Positions 60,990 through 64,000 of a DNA stretch of 64,000 nucleotides are shown piece after piece. The notes under the pieces are model-generated. The model was not told where the DNA came from and searched no databases. It saw only the letters and a program-made list of their open reading frames with translations. How positions within the stretch are numbered: position 1 is the first letter of the stretch; every line of letters begins with the position of its first letter. The position numbers and the translations under genes are program-made. This DNA comes from Macrostomum lignano (Eukaryota): NCBI GenBank assembly GCA_002269645.1, contig NIVC01001569.1, forward strand, positions 62,001 to 126,000, in the 5' to 3' direction.

Positions 60990-62235
60990 GGTAGAGAGGG
61001 GAGGGTAGAGAGGGGAGGGTAGAGAGGAGAGGGTAGAGAGGGGAGGGTAGAGAGGGGAGGGTAGAGAGGGGAGGGTAGAGAGGGGAGGGTAGAGAGAAGA
61101 GGTATAGAGGGGAGGGTAGAGAGGGAAGGGTAGAGAGGGGAGGGTAGAGAGGAGAGGGTAGAGAGGGGAGGGTAGAGAGGGGAGGGTAGAGAGGGGAGGG
61201 TAGAGAGAAGAGGTATAGAGGGGAGGGTAGAGAGGAGAGGGTAGAGAGGAGAGGGTAGGAGAGGAGAGGTATAGAGGAGAGGGTAGAGAGGGGAGGGTAG
61301 AGAGGGGAGGGCAGAGAGGGGAGGGTAGAGAGGGGAGGGTAGAGAGGAGAGGGTAGAGAGGGGAGGGTAGAGAGGAGAGGGTAGAGAGAAGAGGTATAGA
61401 GGGGAGGGTAGAGAGGAGAGGGTAGAGAGGAGAGGGTAGGAGAGGAGAGGTATAGAGGAGAGGGTAGAGAGGGGAGGGTAGAGAGGGGAGGGTAGAGAGG
61501 GGAGGGTAGAGAGGAGAGGGTAGAGAGGGGAGGGTAGAGAGGAGAGGGTAGAGAGAAGAGGTATAGAGGGGAGGGTAGAGAGGAGAGGGTAGAGAGGAGA
61601 GGGTAGGAGAGGAGAGGTATAGAGGAGAGGGTAGAGAGGGGAGGGTAGAGAGGGGAGGGTAGAGAGAAGAGGTATAGAGGGGAGGGTAGAGAGGGAAGGG
61701 TAGAGAGGGGAGGGTAGAGAGGAGAGGGTAGAGAGGGGAGGGTAGAGAGGGGAGGGTAGAGAGGGGAGGGTAGAGAGGAGAGGGTAGGAGAGGAGAGGTA
61801 TAGAGGAGAGGGTAGAGAGGGGAGGGTAGAGAGGGGAGGGCAGAGAGGGGAGGGTAGAGAGGGGAGGGTAGAGAGGAGAGGGTAGAGAGGGGAGGGTAGA
61901 GAGGAGAGGGTAGAGAGGAGAGGTATAGAGGGGAGGGTAGAGAGGAGAGGGTAGAGAGGAGAGGGTAGGAGAGGAGAGGTATAGAGGAGAGGGTAGAGAG
62001 GGGAGGGTAGAGAGGGGAGGGTAGAGAGGGGAGGGTAGAGAGGGGAGGGTAGAGAGGGAAGGGTAGAGAGGGGAGGGTAGAGAGGAGAGGGTAGAGAGGA
62101 GAGGTATAGAGGAGAGGGTAGAGAGGGGAGGGTAGAGAGGGGAGGGTAGAGAGGAGAGGTATAGAGGGGAGGGTAGAGAGGAGAGGGTAGAGAGGAGAGG
62201 GTAGAGAGGAGAGGTATAGAGGAGAGGGTAGAGAG
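60990..62235. repeat. 14-bp polypurine repeat (GAGGGTAGAGAGGG)n
   Basis: Direct reading. Confidence 0.95.
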
Positions 62236-62563
62236 AGGTTGATAGAGAGGGGAGGAAGAGGGCAGGTAGCGAGGGGAAGGTAAAGAAGGGAAGTAGAGAG
62301 GGGAGGGAGAGAATGAGAGGAAGGCCAGAAGGAAGACAGAGCAAGCATGAATGTCTGCTGATATTAGAAAGTCTCTTGAAGAAAGATAATTAAATAGTTT
62401 GAACTATTGTTAGCAATGACTACTAATACATCGCCATATCCGCAGGCAATCATCACCATCTTCAATTGCAATAAAACATCAAATTTCAGACAGGAAATCC
62501 AGACAGCTCCCAGTCACCGCTCAGAGCAAGCCTTCAACTTTGATTAGCTAATTGTCCGGACTC

Positions 62564-62961
62564 ATGGCAGCTCAAAGCGGCAATCAAGATGCTGACTCCG
62601 AGCCTGGGTTCGAGTGCAGCGTTCAGGAGCTGCGAGCCCTGATGGAGTACCGGGGTCGCGAAGCCGTCGACCGACTCCGGGCCGACTATGGTGGAGTCGA
62701 CGGCCTCTGCCGGAGGCTGAGAACATCGCCTGGCAAGGGTGAGTAGCTGAAGGAGGGAGATGTGAGATGAGTGAGATCTCTTGTGATAATGGGAGATAAA
62801 TATTGGCATATTTGAGAGATTACGGAGGATGTATGAGAGATGCGTGAGATCCCTAAGAGACTGGGAGAGCCAGGTTTGAGATCGCTAAGAGACTGAGAGA
62901 AATAGATGATTGAGGTCTTTTAGAGACAGAGAGATAGATGTGTGGGATATCTAGGAGACTT

Positions 62962-63050
<89 letters not shown>

Positions 63051-63676
63051 GGAGAGGAAAGAGAGAGAGATATTTTTATTAGAGGAGAGAGGGTGAGAGA
63101 GAGAGACTGACCTTGCAGATAAACAAGGAACATGAGAAGCAGGTGCATTGTGTCAGACATCAAGTAAAATGAAAGCGGAGAAAAGCCGTGACTTTCACCT
63201 GGGAGAGAGGGCAGATCAAAGTAAAATCGAAGGCAGGACAATCAAGGGTTTCCGCAGCTTTTTTGCTAAAAAAAGCTAATGAAGTCTGCTGAGACGGAAA
63301 AGGCGGATTGCATAGATAGAAAGCAACGGAGATCCGGGAGACAATTTGCAGAAAACACGGAAAAAACTGCTCATCCAAGCGCAAAAGCAAAGCGAGAGCA
63401 GAAAAGCAGAAACGAAACAGTTAGAATAGTGCCATCAAAACTTATCCCTGGGAAGTTCGTAGCCGACCAAATCCTCAATTCGTCAACCCCAATGCCACAC
63501 AGGCATCAGTGAAAGCGAGGTGCCTCAGCGCCAGCGAGCATTTGGCGCCAACTCTATCCCGCCGAAGCCGCCGAAAACTTTTCTACAACTGGCATTCGAA
63601 GCGATGCAGGACTACACCCTGCTCATGCTGGTGGTCTGTGCGTTCATTTCTCTGGCCATCTCGCTCTATCAGAAGT
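62564..63676 (+). CDS. ATP2B: Plasma-membrane Ca2+-transporting ATPase (PMCA), first two coding exons (62564-62738, 63503-63676); continues beyond the window
   Basis: FECSVQELRALMEYRGREAV..YGGVDGLCRRLRTSP and R..FGANSIPPKPPKTFLQLAFEAMQDYTLLMLVVCAFISL are the diagnostic PMCA N-terminus and M1. Phase-1 introns are consistent. Confidence 0.95.
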
Positions 63677-63799
63677 GTGAGTTGCTTGTGAAAGTGCATG
63701 TTGACACTAACGGATTAATGCTATTAGTATTTACCAATAAGGGCAGGGCAATAAATTCGCGCCGACAATATAGCGCCAAAAGTTGAAAGAATTGGTACA

Positions 63800-64000
63800 A
63801 AAAAAGAATAAAGTGCCAAAATAAGGAAATAGCGCCAAAAAAAGGAAATAGCGCCAAAATAAGGAAATAGCGCCAAAATAAGGAAATAGCGCAAAAATAG
63901 GGAAATAGCGCCAAAATAAGAAATAGCGCCAAAATAAGGAAATAGCGACAAAATGAGGAAATAGCGCCAAAATAAGAAAAGCGCCAAAATACAGAAATAG
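63800..64000. repeat. Intronic 20-bp repeat (AAATAGCGCCAAAATAAGGA)n
   Basis: Direct reading. Confidence 0.9.

Overview
Eukaryotic (metazoan) genomic DNA: GC-rich exons with canonical GT-AG splice sites, and introns and intergenic spacers largely filled by micro- and minisatellites. The style suggests a free-living flatworm such as Macrostomum, but that is inference and the sequence alone does not prove it. Nearly all long ORFs in the supplied track are tandem-repeat artefacts. Gene models assembled by hand from splice sites: (1) a tandem pair of small secreted prepropeptide genes, each ending in KR-C-x7-C-P-I-G-stop (CRLYDHRACPIG and CRMFDHRACPIG), i.e. neurophysin-less vasopressin/oxytocin-like cyclic neuropeptides; (2) WDR27 on the minus strand, with a 1.5-kb perfect-TIR DNA transposon in one intron; (3) a divergently transcribed orphan coiled-coil gene; (4) a tail-to-tail pair of ~550-aa ionotropic glutamate receptor-family genes that lack the amino-terminal domain and have strongly altered pore-loop and SYTANLAAF gate motifs but keep the glutamate-contacting R, ST and E residues; (5) a catalytically dead type II membrane cholinesterase-like (neurotactin-like) gene; (6) a TEX33-like gene; (7) the 5' end of a plasma-membrane Ca2+-ATPase. 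Also present are two tRNA-derived SINE-like elements, a foldback-like element embedded in (GACA)n, and a homotypic array of GTCAYGTGAC palindromes. No CRISPR, rRNA or intact tRNA was found. The best candidates for an undescribed system are the cyclic neuropeptide pair and the ATD-less, non-canonical-pore iGluR pair.
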